A stretch of DNA of 64,000 nucleotides from Pseudomonadota bacterium. GTDB taxonomy: Bacteria; Pseudomonadota; Gammaproteobacteria; RBG-16-57-12. Each line of letters opens with the position of its first letter. The stretch's first letter is position 1. The stretch is from assembly GCA_040752855.1 (NCBI GenBank), contig JBFMHP010000017.1, positions 81,960 to 145,959 of the forward strand, given 5' to 3'. Made by a program: the position numbers and the translations under genes. Positions 29,403 through 43,547 of this stretch are shown in pieces. The notes beneath the pieces are model-generated. The model had not been told where the DNA came from. It saw only the letters and a program-made list of their open reading frames with translations, and did no database searches.

Positions 29403-31781
29403 CTATAACTCCGGTGGCGGCGGGGCCAATACTTCGCGATTGCCGTTTTCCATCATCGGGGTGACCACGCCGTCGCGCTCCATCTCCTCGACGATACGCG
29501 CGGCGCGGTTGTAGCCGATCTTGAAGCGCCGCTGCACCGAGGACACCGACACCCGGCGCGCCTGGGTGATGAAGGCCACCGCCTCGTCGTAGAGCGCATC
29601 GTGTTCCGATTCGGCGCCGAGCGTCTCGGCCATGGGATCGCCGGGGAAGGTCGCCCCTTGCAGAATGTCGTCGACGTATTTGGGCGCGCCCTGCTTCTTC
29701 AGTTCGCTCACCACCTTGTGCACCTCGTGGTCGTCGACGAAGGCCCCATGGACGCGCATCGGCACGCCGGTGCCGGGTGCCAGATAGAGCATGTCACCAT
29801 GACCGAGCAGCGCCTCGGCGCCCATCTGATCGAGGATGGTGCGCGAATCGATCTTGGAAGAAACCTGGAAGGCGATACGCGTCGGGATATTGGCCTTGAT
29901 CAGGCCGGTGATCACGTCCACCGACGGGCGCTGGGTCGCCAGGATCAGATGAATCCCGGAGGCGCGCGCCTTCTGCGCCAGACGGGCGATCAGTTCTTCA
30001 ACCTTCTTGCCGACCACCATCATCATGTCGGCCAGCTCGTCGATGATCACCACGATGTAGGGTAGCGGCTCGAGCGTCGGCACCCGATACTCCACATCCG
30101 GCAGCTCCGGTTTGAACAGCGGGTCCTTGATCGGCGTGCCGGCCTCGTTCGCCTCATTGATCTTGCGGTTGCAGCCGGCGAGATTGCGCACGCCGAGCGC
30201 GGCCATCATACGATAGCGCCGCTCCATCTCGGCCACGCACCAGCGCAGCGCATTGGCCGCTTCCTTCATGTCGGTGACCACCGGCGCGAGCAGGTGCGGG
30301 ATGCCTTCATACACCGACAGCTCCAGCATCTTGGGATCGACCATGATCAGGCGCACATCCTTGGGCGAGGCCTTGTAGAGCAGGCTCAGCACCATGGCGT
30401 TGATCGCCACCGATTTACCCGAACCGGTGGTGCCGGCCACCAGCAGGTGGGGCATCTTGGCCAGATCGGCCACGGTCGGCTGGCCGCTGATGTCCTTACC
30501 CAACGCCAACGTGAGGGGGCTGGCGTGCTCGTCGTACGCCTGGGATCGGAGCACCTCGCTCAAGCGCACGATCTCGCGGTGTTCGTTGGGGATCTCCAGT
30601 CCCACGGTGGACTTGCCCGGGATGACCTCGACCACGCGCACGCTGATGACGGAAAGCGCGCGCGCCAGATCCTTCGCCAGGTTGGAGATCTGGCTGACCT
30701 TCACGCCAGCGGCCGGCTGCATCTCGAAGCGGGTGATGACCGGACCCGGACTCACCTGCACCACCTGGACCTCGATGCCGAAATCGGCCAGCTTCATCTC
30801 GACCAGGCGCGAGAGGGCCTCCAGGGACTCCTTGCTCATCGCATGCTTGGGCGGGGCGGCGTCATCCAGCAGGGATAGAGGCGGCAGACTGCCGTCACCC
30901 GTGGTGCGAAACAGCGGCACCTGCCGCTCCTTCTCCACCCGCTCGCTTTGCTTGATCGGCGCGATCTCCGGTTCGATCTTCGGCGTCGCGCGATGCTTCG
31001 TCTTGGCCTGCACTGCCTTGACGGTCTGTTCACGGCTCTTGCGCGCCTGGCGCGCCAGCAACGCCTCGCGCAGCTCGCCCCACTTCACCTGCGCCCAACG
31101 CGCGAAGTTCAGCGCATAGCGGCCGGTCACATCCATCAGTTTGATCCAGGAAAGCCCGGTGAACAGCGTCACCCCGGCCAGAAACAGCGAGACCAGAAAC
31201 AGTGTGGCGCCCACAAAGCTGAAGGCGCTGATCAACCCGCCGGAGAGCAGATCACCAAACAGCCCGCCCGAATTGAGCGGCAGCAGCCCGGGCGAAACCC
31301 GGAAATGCATCTCGGCCAGCGCCGCGCCGGCGCCGACGGTGAGCACACAGCCGACGACCCGCAGCCGCATGTGATTCTTGTCCTCTTCCGGTGTGGACTG
31401 ACCGCCGCGAAACAACATCCACGCCAGATAGGCCGCCATCAACGGAAACAGGAAGGATAAGTAACCCACCAGATAATAGGCCAGATCGGCGAAATAGGCC
31501 CCGACGATGCCGCCTGAATTGTGCACCACATCAGACTGCCGGCTGTGCGACCAGCCCGGATCGCTCGCCCGATAGCTGCCCAGCGCCACCAACAGATACA
31601 GCGCCAACGCGCCGACGACAAACAGCGCGCCTTCGCGCACACCGCGTTGCACGGATGCCTTTTTCGCCTCGGGCCGAGCGGGTCGATAATTCGCCTGCGC
31701 CAAAACCTCTCCTCCATTGCATATGAATCTGTGATTTGTTGTTCTCCGCCATTCCGGGAACATGCCAGAACGACGAGCCAA
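29403..31781 (-). CDS. ftsK: DNA translocase FtsK
   Basis: 792 aa: N-terminal TM helices, a Pro/Ala-rich linker, an FtsK ATPase ([31 protein letters not shown]) and a C-terminal gamma domain. The start is uncertain; the ORF-track Met is at 31781. Confidence 0.85.
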   Translation of the reverse strand: MARRSGMFPEWRRTTNHRFICNGGEVLAQANYRPARPEAKKASVQRGVREGALFVVGALALYLLVALGSYRASDPGWSHSRQSDVVHNSGGIVGAYFADLAYYLVGYLSFLFPLMAAYLAWMLFRGGQSTPEEDKNHMRLRVVGCVLTVGAGAALAEMHFRVSPGLLPLNSGGLFGDLLSGGLISAFSFVGATLFLVSLFLAGVTLFTGLSWIKLMDVTGRYALNFARWAQVKWGELREALLARQARKSREQTVKAVQAKTKHRATPKIEPEIAPIKQSERVEKERQVPLFRTTGDGSLPPLSLLDDAAPPKHAMSKESLEALSRLVEMKLADFGIEVQVVQVSPGPVITRFEMQPAAGVKVSQISNLAKDLARALSVISVRVVEVIPGKSTVGLEIPNEHREIVRLSEVLRSQAYDEHASPLTLALGKDISGQPTVADLAKMPHLLVAGTTGSGKSVAINAMVLSLLYKASPKDVRLIMVDPKMLELSVYEGIPHLLAPVVTDMKEAANALRWCVAEMERRYRMMAALGVRNLAGCNRKINEANEAGTPIKDPLFKPELPDVEYRVPTLEPLPYIVVIIDELADMMMVVGKKVEELIARLAQKARASGIHLILATQRPSVDVITGLIKANIPTRIAFQVSSKIDSRTILDQMGAEALLGHGDMLYLAPGTGVPMRVHGAFVDDHEVHKVVSELKKQGAPKYVDDILQGATFPGDPMAETLGAESEHDALYDEAVAFITQARRVSVSSVQRRFKIGYNRAARIVEEMERDGVVTPMMENGNREVLAPPPPEL

Positions 31782-31804
31782 TCAGACATTTTTGTCAACG
31801 TCGG

Positions 31805-31954
31805 GGGCTTCCCCGCAGGCGATCAATGTTCATTGAATTCGCGAGCGGGGCTCGCTCCTACAAAACCTGGCGCTGAAACAAACCCCTTGTAGGAGCCTGC
31901 CCTGCAGGCGACTGTTGCTCTGTTGCTCATTCGCGAACAGGGCTCGCTCCTACA
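31805..31954. repeat. Cluster of REP-type palindromic elements, same family as 27277-27421
   Basis: CCCCGCAGGCGA...TTCGCGAGCGGGGCTCGCTCCTACAA ... CTTGTAGGAGCCTGCCCTGCAGGCGA...TTCGCGAACAGGGCTCGCTCCTACAA. Confidence 0.75.
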
Positions 31955-32000
31955 ACGCATTGCAAACCCAGGTCGTTATTACGCCGCTAGTCTAACACAG

Positions 32001-34140
<2,140 letters not shown>

Positions 34141-34198
34141 TACCCGCCTGGCGTCTCCCCACTCAGCGCAGTGGGGAGACTCACCGCTGGCGTGATCT

Positions 34199-34261
34199 AA
34201 CCCGGATATTTCACCATGAATCTACTGCGCCCTCGCTACGATTCGTGATGAAATATCCGGG
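34199..34261. repeat. MITE-like element, short copy (~63 bp), with terminal inverted repeats
   Basis: AACCCGGATATTTCACCAT...GTGATGAAATATCCGGGC. It shares its TIR and internal segments (in rearranged orientation) with the 181-bp copy at 40771-40951. Immediately upstream is a perfect 11-bp hairpin, GTCTCCCCACT/AGTGGGGAGAC, at 34153-34180. Confidence 0.65.
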
Positions 34262-34274
34262 CTAAACTTTACAC

Positions 34275-35006
34275 ATGAGCATCCATCACACATCCGGCGC
34301 CCCGTTCCTGTTGGACCCGGCCAAACTCGCCTTCCCCGATCCGCGGCGAGCCTTACGCGAGCCCAACGGACTGCTGGCCATTGGCGGCGACCTCTCGCCC
34401 CAACGATTATTGGCCGCCTACCGCTTAGGTATCTTTCCCTGGTATGGGCGCAACGAACCGATCCTGTGGTGGTCGCCCGATCCCCGCTGCGTGCTGTTCC
34501 CGGACTTGCTGCACATCTCCCGCAGCCTGCAAAAAACCCTGCGCCGAAACACCTTTGAACTCAGCATCGACCGCGCCTTCCCCGAGGTGATGAAGGCCTG
34601 CGCCGCCCCGCGCCGCTACACCGCCGAGACCTGGATCACCTCGGAGGTCTACACCGCGTATAACCGGCTGCACCAGCTCGGCCACGCTCATTCCGTCGAA
34701 GCCAGGCACAACGGGGAGCTGGTGGGCGGTCTCTACGGAGTCGCCCTCGGCAAGGTGTTTTACGGTGAGTCGATGTTCGCGCGCATAACCGATGCCTCCA
34801 AGGTCGCCATGGCCCACCTGTGCCAGCGCCTGCAACAGTGGGGTTATGAGCTGATCGACTGCCAGATGCATACGACCCACTTGGTCAGCCTGGGCGCGGT
34901 AGACATTCCGCGCGCAGATTTCATGGCCCTGCTCAACAGCCTGCTGCCGCAGCAACCCGCAGCGGATGCCTGGCAAAGCAACCCGCAATCGGCTGCGGCG
35001 CCATGA
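34275..35006 (+). CDS. aat: Leucyl/phenylalanyl-tRNA--protein transferase
   Basis: 243 aa with LAIGGDLSPQRLLAAYRLGIFPW, characteristic of L/F-transferase. Confidence 0.9.
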   Translation: MSIHHTSGAPFLLDPAKLAFPDPRRALREPNGLLAIGGDLSPQRLLAAYRLGIFPWYGRNEPILWWSPDPRCVLFPDLLHISRSLQKTLRRNTFELSIDRAFPEVMKACAAPRRYTAETWITSEVYTAYNRLHQLGHAHSVEARHNGELVGGLYGVALGKVFYGESMFARITDASKVAMAHLCQRLQQWGYELIDCQMHTTHLVSLGAVDIPRADFMALLNSLLPQQPAADAWQSNPQSAAAP

Positions 35007-35722
35007 CTCAGCTGCAGCAGTTACGTCTGTTTCTGAGTTCGCCCCACCCATGCAGCTATCTGCCGCAGGAGACCGCCTGCAATCTCTTCCTCGACCCCGA
35101 TGTCATCCCCGATACCCGGCTTTACACCGCATTGATCGAACAGGGCTTCCGGCGCAGCGGTGAGCACCTCTACCGCCCGCATTGCCCGAAGTGCCAGGCG
35201 TGCTTATCGATACGCATCCCGGTGGCACACTTCCAGCCGAATCGCCAGCAGCGGCGCACCTGGAACAAGAATCAGGATCTCGAGTTCGCCGCCACCCAGA
35301 CCCCGGACCGGGCCGCGCACAGCGAGCTGTTCTCCCGCTATCTCAAGAGCAGGCACCCCGGCGGCGGCATGGACCAGATGGATACCGACACCCAGTTTGC
35401 GTTTCTGACCAGCGACTGGAGCGAGACATGGTTCTACGAATTCCGCGAGGCCGACAGGCTCGTGGCGGTAGCGGTCACCGACAGGCTCACCAATGGCCTC
35501 TCCGCCATCTACAGCTATTTCTCTCCCGAGGATGCCGTGTGGCGCAGCCTGGGGGTCTACATGGTGCTCTGGCAGATCCACCAGGCCCGACAGCTTGATT
35601 TATCCTGGGTATACCTTGGTTTTTGGATCGCAGGCAGTCCAAGAATGGCGTACAAGAGTAATTACCAGCCCGCCGAGGCGCTTAAAGACAATCAGTGGCA
35701 AAAATTCCAGCACCTCGTCTAA
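35003..35722 (+). CDS. bpt: Arginyl-tRNA--protein transferase (Bpt/Ate1-like leucyltransferase)
   Basis: 239 aa with a Cys-rich N-terminus (CSYLP...CPKCQAC) and ATE C-domain motifs. It has a 4-bp overlap with aat. Confidence 0.85.
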   Translation: MTQLQQLRLFLSSPHPCSYLPQETACNLFLDPDVIPDTRLYTALIEQGFRRSGEHLYRPHCPKCQACLSIRIPVAHFQPNRQQRRTWNKNQDLEFAATQTPDRAAHSELFSRYLKSRHPGGGMDQMDTDTQFAFLTSDWSETWFYEFREADRLVAVAVTDRLTNGLSAIYSYFSPEDAVWRSLGVYMVLWQIHQARQLDLSWVYLGFWIAGSPRMAYKSNYQPAEALKDNQWQKFQHLV

Positions 35723-35803
35723 AGTTTTTTTCCGACATTGCCGTTATATCACTCGATATTCCCCCTGTTACTCTGTGAATATCGACCCAGCTCCCCAAGA
35801 AAC

Positions 35804-35841
35804 GTGTTCCGGTCCCGGACCGGAACACCCTTGTTTTTATT
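35804..35841 (+). terminator. Rho-independent terminator after bpt
   Basis: GTGTTCCGGTC-CCG-GACCGGAACAC followed by CCTTGTTTTTATT. Confidence 0.65.
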
Positions 35842-35979
35842 CCCGACGGATGCCCGATTCCTTAAACAACAGAAATCATGCTCCCCTTCATACCTTTTAT
35901 AGAAAAACTTTGAAAAAATTCGCCAACAAAGGCATTATGACGCCTCATTTGGCTTAGAACCGGATATTTAACAGGCTAC

Positions 35980-36198
35980 ATGGCAAAAGAAGATCACATC
36001 GAAATGGAAGGCACCGTCCTCGAGACACTGCCCAACACAATGTTCCGCGTCCAACTCGACAACGGTCACATCGTCACCGCCCACATCTCGGGCAAGATGC
36101 GCAAGAACTACATCCGCATCCTCACCGGTGACAAGGTCACCGTCGAAATGACCCCCTATGACCTGAGCAAGGGTCGTATCATATTCCGCGGTCGTTGA
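35980..36198 (+). CDS. infA: Translation initiation factor IF-1
   Basis: 72 aa, [30 protein letters not shown]..., near-identical to the canonical IF-1. Confidence 0.95.
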   Translation: MAKEDHIEMEGTVLETLPNTMFRVQLDNGHIVTAHISGKMRKNYIRILTGDKVTVEMTPYDLSKGRIIFRGR

Positions 36199-36210
36199 CA
36201 GCCTCCGAAT

Positions 36211-36252
36211 AAAAAAGCGCCCTGCCGTCTCTCACCGGCAGGGCGCTTTTGC
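36211..36252. terminator. Bidirectional rho-independent terminator between infA and clpA
   Basis: AAAAAAGCGCCCTGCCG-loop-CGGCAGGGCGCTTTTG. It is flanked by A-runs and T-runs on both sides. Confidence 0.7.
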
Positions 36253-36274
36253 GTATCCATCACTCAGCTTGCGC

Positions 36275-38542
<2,268 letters not shown>

Positions 38543-38578
38543 ACTTTCACCTGCTACTGCTCGTTGATCTTGGCGCGA

Positions 38579-38899
38579 TCACTCGGCCTCCATCACACAC
38601 AACAATGGATGATGATGCTTGCGCGAGTATTCGTTGACTTGCACGACCTTGGTCTCGGCCACATCGCGGCTGAAAGACCCGCAAACACCCTTGCCTTGAG
38701 TATGCACCTGCAACATTACTTTCGTCGCCAGTTCGCGCGACATGAAGAAGAATGACTCCAACACATGTACTACGAACTCCATGGGTGTATAGTCGTCATT
38801 AATCAAGATTACTTTATACATCGGCGGGCGTTTGAGCTTAGGCTTAGCCTCTTCAACCACCAGCCCGCCTTCGGGATCTTTGAGATGTTCCTGCGACAT
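38579..38899 (-). CDS. clpS: ATP-dependent Clp protease adaptor ClpS
   Basis: 106 aa with [20 protein letters not shown], the ClpS signature. Confidence 0.95.
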   Translation of the reverse strand: MSQEHLKDPEGGLVVEEAKPKLKRPPMYKVILINDDYTPMEFVVHVLESFFFMSRELATKVMLQVHTQGKGVCGSFSRDVAETKVVQVNEYSRKHHHPLLCVMEAE

Positions 38900-39135
38900 G
38901 TCCTCTCACCTCAAACCAAAAACAATTCTTTATATTTCATAAAGATATAAAGACAAAATCATTATAGCACGAATTTATCCCGTATTTGGTCATTACACCA
39001 GCCCCTCTGAGGTTTAGGAAAAAAACTTGACTCCCCAGAAAGTCCGTACCACATTTATCAGTGCAAGGCTCAAAAATAACAACAGCGCTTTGTCAAGTAG
39101 AATTGAAGTCCAAATGAGAGGAGGATCTAAGCAAG

Positions 39136-39366
39136 ATGGAGTATGGTGTAGTGAAGTGGTTCAGCAATGCAAAGGGGTATGGATTCATTGCGGGACAAGA
39201 GGGGGGTGGCGATATTTTCGCGCACTTCTCCTCCATCGAGATGGATGGATACAAAACCCTCAAGCAAGGCCAGGCCGTCGAATTCGAGTACACGCAAGGT
39301 CCGAAGGGCCTGCAAGCGACGAAGATTCGGCTGGCAGATACTCAGCCAGCGCAGCCTGAAACATAG
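39136..39366 (+). CDS. cspD: Cold-shock-domain protein, CspD-like (stationary-phase replication inhibitor context)
   Basis: 76 aa with VKWFSNAKGYGFI (RNP1) and DIFAHFSSI (RNP2). It is divergent from clpS, as in the E. coli cspD-clpS arrangement. A GAGGAGG ribosome-binding site precedes the start. Confidence 0.8.
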   Translation: MEYGVVKWFSNAKGYGFIAGQEGGGDIFAHFSSIEMDGYKTLKQGQAVEFEYTQGPKGLQATKIRLADTQPAQPET

Positions 39367-39385
39367 AACTTTTGATCATCAAGTA

Positions 39386-39424
39386 AAAAACGAAAAGCCC
39401 CGAAACGGGGCTTTTCGTTTTTTC
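39386..39424. terminator. Bidirectional rho-independent terminator between cspD and icd
   Basis: AAAAACGAAAAGCCCCG-AAA-CGGGGCTTTTCGTTTTTT. Confidence 0.75.
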
Positions 39425-39443
39425 CACGCGGCAGGACGCTGCC

Positions 39444-40700
39444 TCACATATGCTTGACCATCGCCTTGCCGAAGGCCGAGCAGCTCACTTCGCTGGCCCC
39501 GGCCATCAAGCGCGCAAAGTCGTAGGTTACCGTCTTGGCTTGAATAGCGCCGGACATCCCCTTCACAACCAGATCCGCTGCCTCGGTCCAGCCAAGGTGG
39601 CGCAGCATCATCTCACCAGAGAGGATCAGCGAGCCAGGGTTGACCTTGTCCTGCCCCGCGTATTTCGGGGCGGTGCCATGGGTGGCCTCGAACATGGCGA
39701 CCGTGTCCGAAAGATTGGCGCCGGGCGCGATGCCGATACCGCCGACCTGGGCCGCCAAGGCATCGGAGATATAGTCGCCGTTCAGATTGAGGGTGGCGAT
39801 GACATCGTATTCCTCGGGGCGCAGCAGGATCTGCTGCAGGAAGGCGTCGGCGATCACATCCTTGATCACGATCATCTTGCCGCTCTTCGGATTCTTGAAG
39901 CGGCACCACGGGCCGGCGTCGATTTCTACCGCGCCGAACTCCTCCTTGGCCAGTTCATAGCCCCAGCTCTTGAACGCGCCCTCGGTGAATTTCATGATGT
40001 TGCCCTTGTGCACCAGCGTGACCGAGGCACGATCGTTGTCGATCGCATATTGAATGGCCTTGCGCACGAGGCGGCGCGTGCCATCGCGCGAGACCGGTTT
40101 GACGCCAATGCCGGATGACTCCGGGAAGCGGATCTTTTTCACGCCCATTTCGCGTTGCAGAAAATCGACGACCTTCTTCACCTCGGGCGTACCGGCGGCC
40201 CATTCGATGCCGGCATAGATGTCTTCGGAGTTCTCGCGGAAGATGACCATGTCGGTCTTCTCCGGCTCCTTGAGCGGGCTGGGGGTGCCGGTGTAATAAC
40301 GCACCGGACGCAGGCAGACGTACAGATCGAGTTCCTGGCGCAATGCGACGTTGAGCGAGCGGATGCCGCCGCCGACGGGCGTGGTCAGCGGGCCTTTGAT
40401 GGAGACGACAAAGTCGCGCACGGCCTTCAGGGTCTCTTCCGGCAGCCAGGTATCGTTGCCGTAGACCTTGACCGCCTTCTCGCCCGCGTAGACTTCCATC
40501 CAGGCGAGCTTGCGCTTGCCGCCGTAGGCCTTGGCCACCGCTGCATCCAGCACCTCGCGCATCACGGGCGTGATGTCGACGCCGATGCCATCGCCCTCGA
40601 TGAAGGGGATGATGGGATTGCTGGGAACCTTCAGCGCGCCATCGGCAGCGACGGTGATTTTTTCGCCCTGTGCAGGGACAACGATTTTCTGGTAGCTCAT
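39444..40700 (-). CDS. icd: NADP-dependent isocitrate dehydrogenase
   Basis: 418 aa. N-terminal [17 protein letters not shown]..., with a [22 protein letters not shown] isocitrate/IPM dehydrogenase signature. Confidence 0.95.
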   Translation of the reverse strand: MSYQKIVVPAQGEKITVAADGALKVPSNPIIPFIEGDGIGVDITPVMREVLDAAVAKAYGGKRKLAWMEVYAGEKAVKVYGNDTWLPEETLKAVRDFVVSIKGPLTTPVGGGIRSLNVALRQELDLYVCLRPVRYYTGTPSPLKEPEKTDMVIFRENSEDIYAGIEWAAGTPEVKKVVDFLQREMGVKKIRFPESSGIGVKPVSRDGTRRLVRKAIQYAIDNDRASVTLVHKGNIMKFTEGAFKSWGYELAKEEFGAVEIDAGPWCRFKNPKSGKMIVIKDVIADAFLQQILLRPEEYDVIATLNLNGDYISDALAAQVGGIGIAPGANLSDTVAMFEATHGTAPKYAGQDKVNPGSLILSGEMMLRHLGWTEAADLVVKGMSGAIQAKTVTYDFARLMAGASEVSCSAFGKAMVKHM

Positions 40701-40770
40701 GGAAACTCCGTGATTGTGGCGGTCTAGCGTCGAAAACGTGCGTATTCTAACACTATGCCCCCGTCAGTTT

Positions 40771-40951
40771 AACCCGGATATTTCACCGCGAGTCGTAGCG
40801 AGGGCGCGTAAGGCATTGAAGATTCGGGGCGCACGGAGCTTTTGACGGTGAAGGCATAGTCGACACTCTGTCGAACCGGCAAAAGCGAGTACGTCACGAA
40901 GATTCAATGGATTACGCGACCGCAGTAGATTCGTGGTGAAATATCCGGGTT
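40771..40951. repeat. MITE-like element, long copy (~181 bp), with 16-17 bp terminal inverted repeats
   Basis: AACCCGGATATTTCACCGCGAGTCGTAGCGAGGG ... CGCAGTAGATTCGTGGTGAAATATCCGGGTT. The TIR, CCCGGATATTTCACC, matches the short copy at 34199-34261. It occupies the junction between icd and the T2SS operon. Confidence 0.7.
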
Positions 40952-41053
40952 AAGGAACCTCTGGTTTATCAGGGGCTCCACGCGCGCAATGAGGTGCGTA
41001 CTCTGAGAATTCCCGGAGCGGATTCTCAGAGTGTTCTTGATTCATGGGACGGT

Positions 41054-41827
41054 TTACTGCACGGGCTTGGCGCCCAGCTGCGGCCAGCGGCCGGCAAACT
41101 GCATCTCCACCTTGCCGTCGGGCCGAGGCTGACCCAGCATGCGCGTGACCACCACCAAGGTGGTATCCTGCGCGTCCTTCGCGCCGGCCGTGCCCTTATA
41201 TTGATATTCACCCGTGGGCTTGATGCTGAGCAGACCTTCGGCGCTGAGCGGTCCGCCCTTGTCCTGGATCTTGACGGTGGCGTTCTCGCCCTCCATGGCC
41301 AGCACGGCCTCCAAGTCGCCGATGGGCACATCCGCGGCGAGCAGGGCGTTCTGCCAGGTGATCACGCCCTCGAGGTCCTCGATCCCCTGGTCCGCCATGC
41401 TGAACTCGTCCAGCGCGATGTTCAGCGCCCCGTCGGGTTTGACGCCGGGAAATTTGAAGAACTTCGCCAGGTCGGCCACCGGCAGGCGCGCCTCGGTATC
41501 GCTGATGCTGACCGCCTTGCTCAGCAAGCCGTAGCTCAGCTCGCCGCTGCCGAAGATGGAAGGCCCCTCGGAGCTCCAGTCGATGCCGAGCCGCCCGATC
41601 AGGAGCGCGAGCGGCGATAGACTGAAGTCGATAGACTCGAACCGGTAGCCGCCCACCTCAATCAGACCGGCGTGGCCCGACCAGAGGGTGCCGCTGACAT
41701 CATAGATACCGAAGTCCTTGCTCGGCGGGGGAAGGAATCGGGCGACGAAACCGGCCGGCACCATCACCACCAGCAACAGCGCGTAGCCCAGAACGCCGAT
41801 CAGGAGATACCGAATCCAGCCCTTCAC
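41054..41827 (-). CDS. gspN: Type II secretion system protein N
   Basis: 257 aa with an N-terminal TM helix. It is the last gene of the gsp operon, with a 4-bp overlap with gspM. Confidence 0.75.
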   Translation of the reverse strand: MKGWIRYLLIGVLGYALLLVVMVPAGFVARFLPPPSKDFGIYDVSGTLWSGHAGLIEVGGYRFESIDFSLSPLALLIGRLGIDWSSEGPSIFGSGELSYGLLSKAVSISDTEARLPVADLAKFFKFPGVKPDGALNIALDEFSMADQGIEDLEGVITWQNALLAADVPIGDLEAVLAMEGENATVKIQDKGGPLSAEGLLSIKPTGEYQYKGTAGAKDAQDTTLVVVTRMLGQPRPDGKVEMQFAGRWPQLGAKPVQ

Positions 41828-42315
41828 GCGCCGCCCTCCGTAAAGCCAAGGCGCGCCTTGACATACCCGGGACGCTCCGAGCGTTCGATCACGGCATTCT
41901 CCACGGTGATACCGTACGCGTTCTTCAAGCCGCCGAGCCAGAACACCACGTCATCAAACGGGGCGTCCTCCAGCCAGACCCGCACCACGCCGTCCTTGTC
42001 GGGCTGCACGCGCTTGAGCGCCGCACCGAGCGTACCCTGCTTGGCGGTGCGATCGATCAGGGTCATGAGCGACTCATCCCCGCGCTGGACGCCCGGCACC
42101 GAACCGCCGCGATTCTTACCCTTGATCTCTTGCGCGGCGGCCTTCATCCACGCCAGGTTTTTGGATTCGCTTTCGACCGATTTGCGCAGCTCCGCGACGC
42201 TGCTGCTCAAGGGGGCCCACAGCACCATATAGAACAGCATGATAGCGAGCGCGACGGCGCCGGCCAGCACGATGCGTTTTTCCCGGTCGCTCAGGCCTTG
42301 AAACCACTCCTTCAT
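41824..42315 (-). CDS. gspM: Type II secretion system protein M
   Basis: 163 aa, a bitopic membrane protein with overlaps to gspL and gspN. Confidence 0.8.
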   Translation of the reverse strand: MKEWFQGLSDREKRIVLAGAVALAIMLFYMVLWAPLSSSVAELRKSVESESKNLAWMKAAAQEIKGKNRGGSVPGVQRGDESLMTLIDRTAKQGTLGAALKRVQPDKDGVVRVWLEDAPFDDVVFWLGGLKNAYGITVENAVIERSERPGYVKARLGFTEGGA

Positions 42316-43547
42316 CCACCCACCCTCTTCATCTGCACGCGGGCCATGACCTTGTCGCCCTTGGTGTCCGCCGAAACGACCTCGGCCTGGATATTCTGAT
42401 CCTTGGCCAGCTGCGCCTTGAGATTGTCCAGCGCGCCCAGGCTGTCCAGGGTCATGTCGACGGTCAGGGCTTCATCCTGAAAGCGCAACCGCTCCAACTC
42501 CGGGCGCAGGCCATTGGCGTAGATCTGACTGAAGCTCTCCAACAGCCCGAGGTACAAATCCCCGCCTTGCTCGCGCGCGCTGCGCACCTTGGTCAGGCGC
42601 TGCTCCATCTGCACCCGCGCGTTGACCACCTTCTGCGCGTCGGGGAAGGTGTTGAGATACACCTGCTTGACCTCGTCGGAGAGCCGGTTATATTCCGATT
42701 GCAGCCGGAAATAATCGACACCCATGGTGAGGAGCTGGATGACGATCAGGCCGCCGAAGATGGCCGCCGCCGGAATCCACGGCCGCCACATCCGGCCCAG
42801 CTGCTCGCGGCGGCTGTAGTCGCCCTGCAGCAGATTCAGGGTCTGTCCCTCGGTGAAGCCGGATGCCGCCAGGGCAAGCAAGTGGCCTTGATGCTCGCGG
42901 CGCTCCACCGGGATCTCCAGAGGCACGCAGATTTCCTCCAGCCAGGCCCAGTCGTGGGGCTGCGCTTCGTAAACCATGATCTTCGCCGGGCGGTGCTCAT
43001 CATCGACTTCCGCCAGGACCAGCTTGAGGTACTGCGCAAAATTCTCCGCCTCGAGCGCGGCGCCGTCGTGCAGTCCCGTGCGCAACAGGATACGCCCGTC
43101 CTCGTGCCAGATCTGCCAGGCGCCTTCCTCGTAGGGCACCAGCAGATAGTCAGGCGCGACGATCTCGGGCTCCAGTCCGTGCGTGGCAAAGACCTCGCCG
43201 ATCTGGCGCATCTTGTCGTGGCTGACCACGCCGACCTGCACCCCGTCGCCCTGGCGCTCGCCCAAGGCAAAGTGCAGCTCGTCCACATCCGCGGCGAGCT
43301 GATCCTCGACGGCATAGGGAACGGCGCGCAGCAGTTTGGCGCGGCTTTGGGTCGGCAGGCGCGCATTGAGCGTCAACACCGCCTCCCCCGGTATCACCAC
43401 GGCCAGCGGATGCCCCTTGGCAACCGCCGCCAACTGCTCGACAGTGCCTTCTGTGAGGCCGGACTGATCCGCCGGATTCAGCCATCGGATCATTTCATTC
43501 TGTGCCGGCAATCGATCCAGCCGCACGAAAATATAAGCAGGCATCAA
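42312..43547 (-). CDS. gspL: Type II secretion system protein L
   Basis: 411 aa with a cytoplasmic actin-like domain, a TM helix and a periplasmic domain; operon context. Confidence 0.8.
   Translation of the reverse strand: MMPAYIFVRLDRLPAQNEMIRWLNPADQSGLTEGTVEQLAAVAKGHPLAVVIPGEAVLTLNARLPTQSRAKLLRAVPYAVEDQLAADVDELHFALGERQGDGVQVGVVSHDKMRQIGEVFATHGLEPEIVAPDYLLVPYEEGAWQIWHEDGRILLRTGLHDGAALEAENFAQYLKLVLAEVDDEHRPAKIMVYEAQPHDWAWLEEICVPLEIPVERREHQGHLLALAASGFTEGQTLNLLQGDYSRREQLGRMWRPWIPAAAIFGGLIVIQLLTMGVDYFRLQSEYNRLSDEVKQVYLNTFPDAQKVVNARVQMEQRLTKVRSAREQGGDLYLGLLESFSQIYANGLRPELERLRFQDEALTVDMTLDSLGALDNLKAQLAKDQNIQAEVVSADTKGDKVMARVQMKRVGG

Noticed and set aside
35890-35979. Partial match to the MITE TIR (CCGGATATTTAAC) upstream of infA
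   Set aside because: Only about 11 of 15 positions match on one arm, with no partner arm, so it is probably coincidental.
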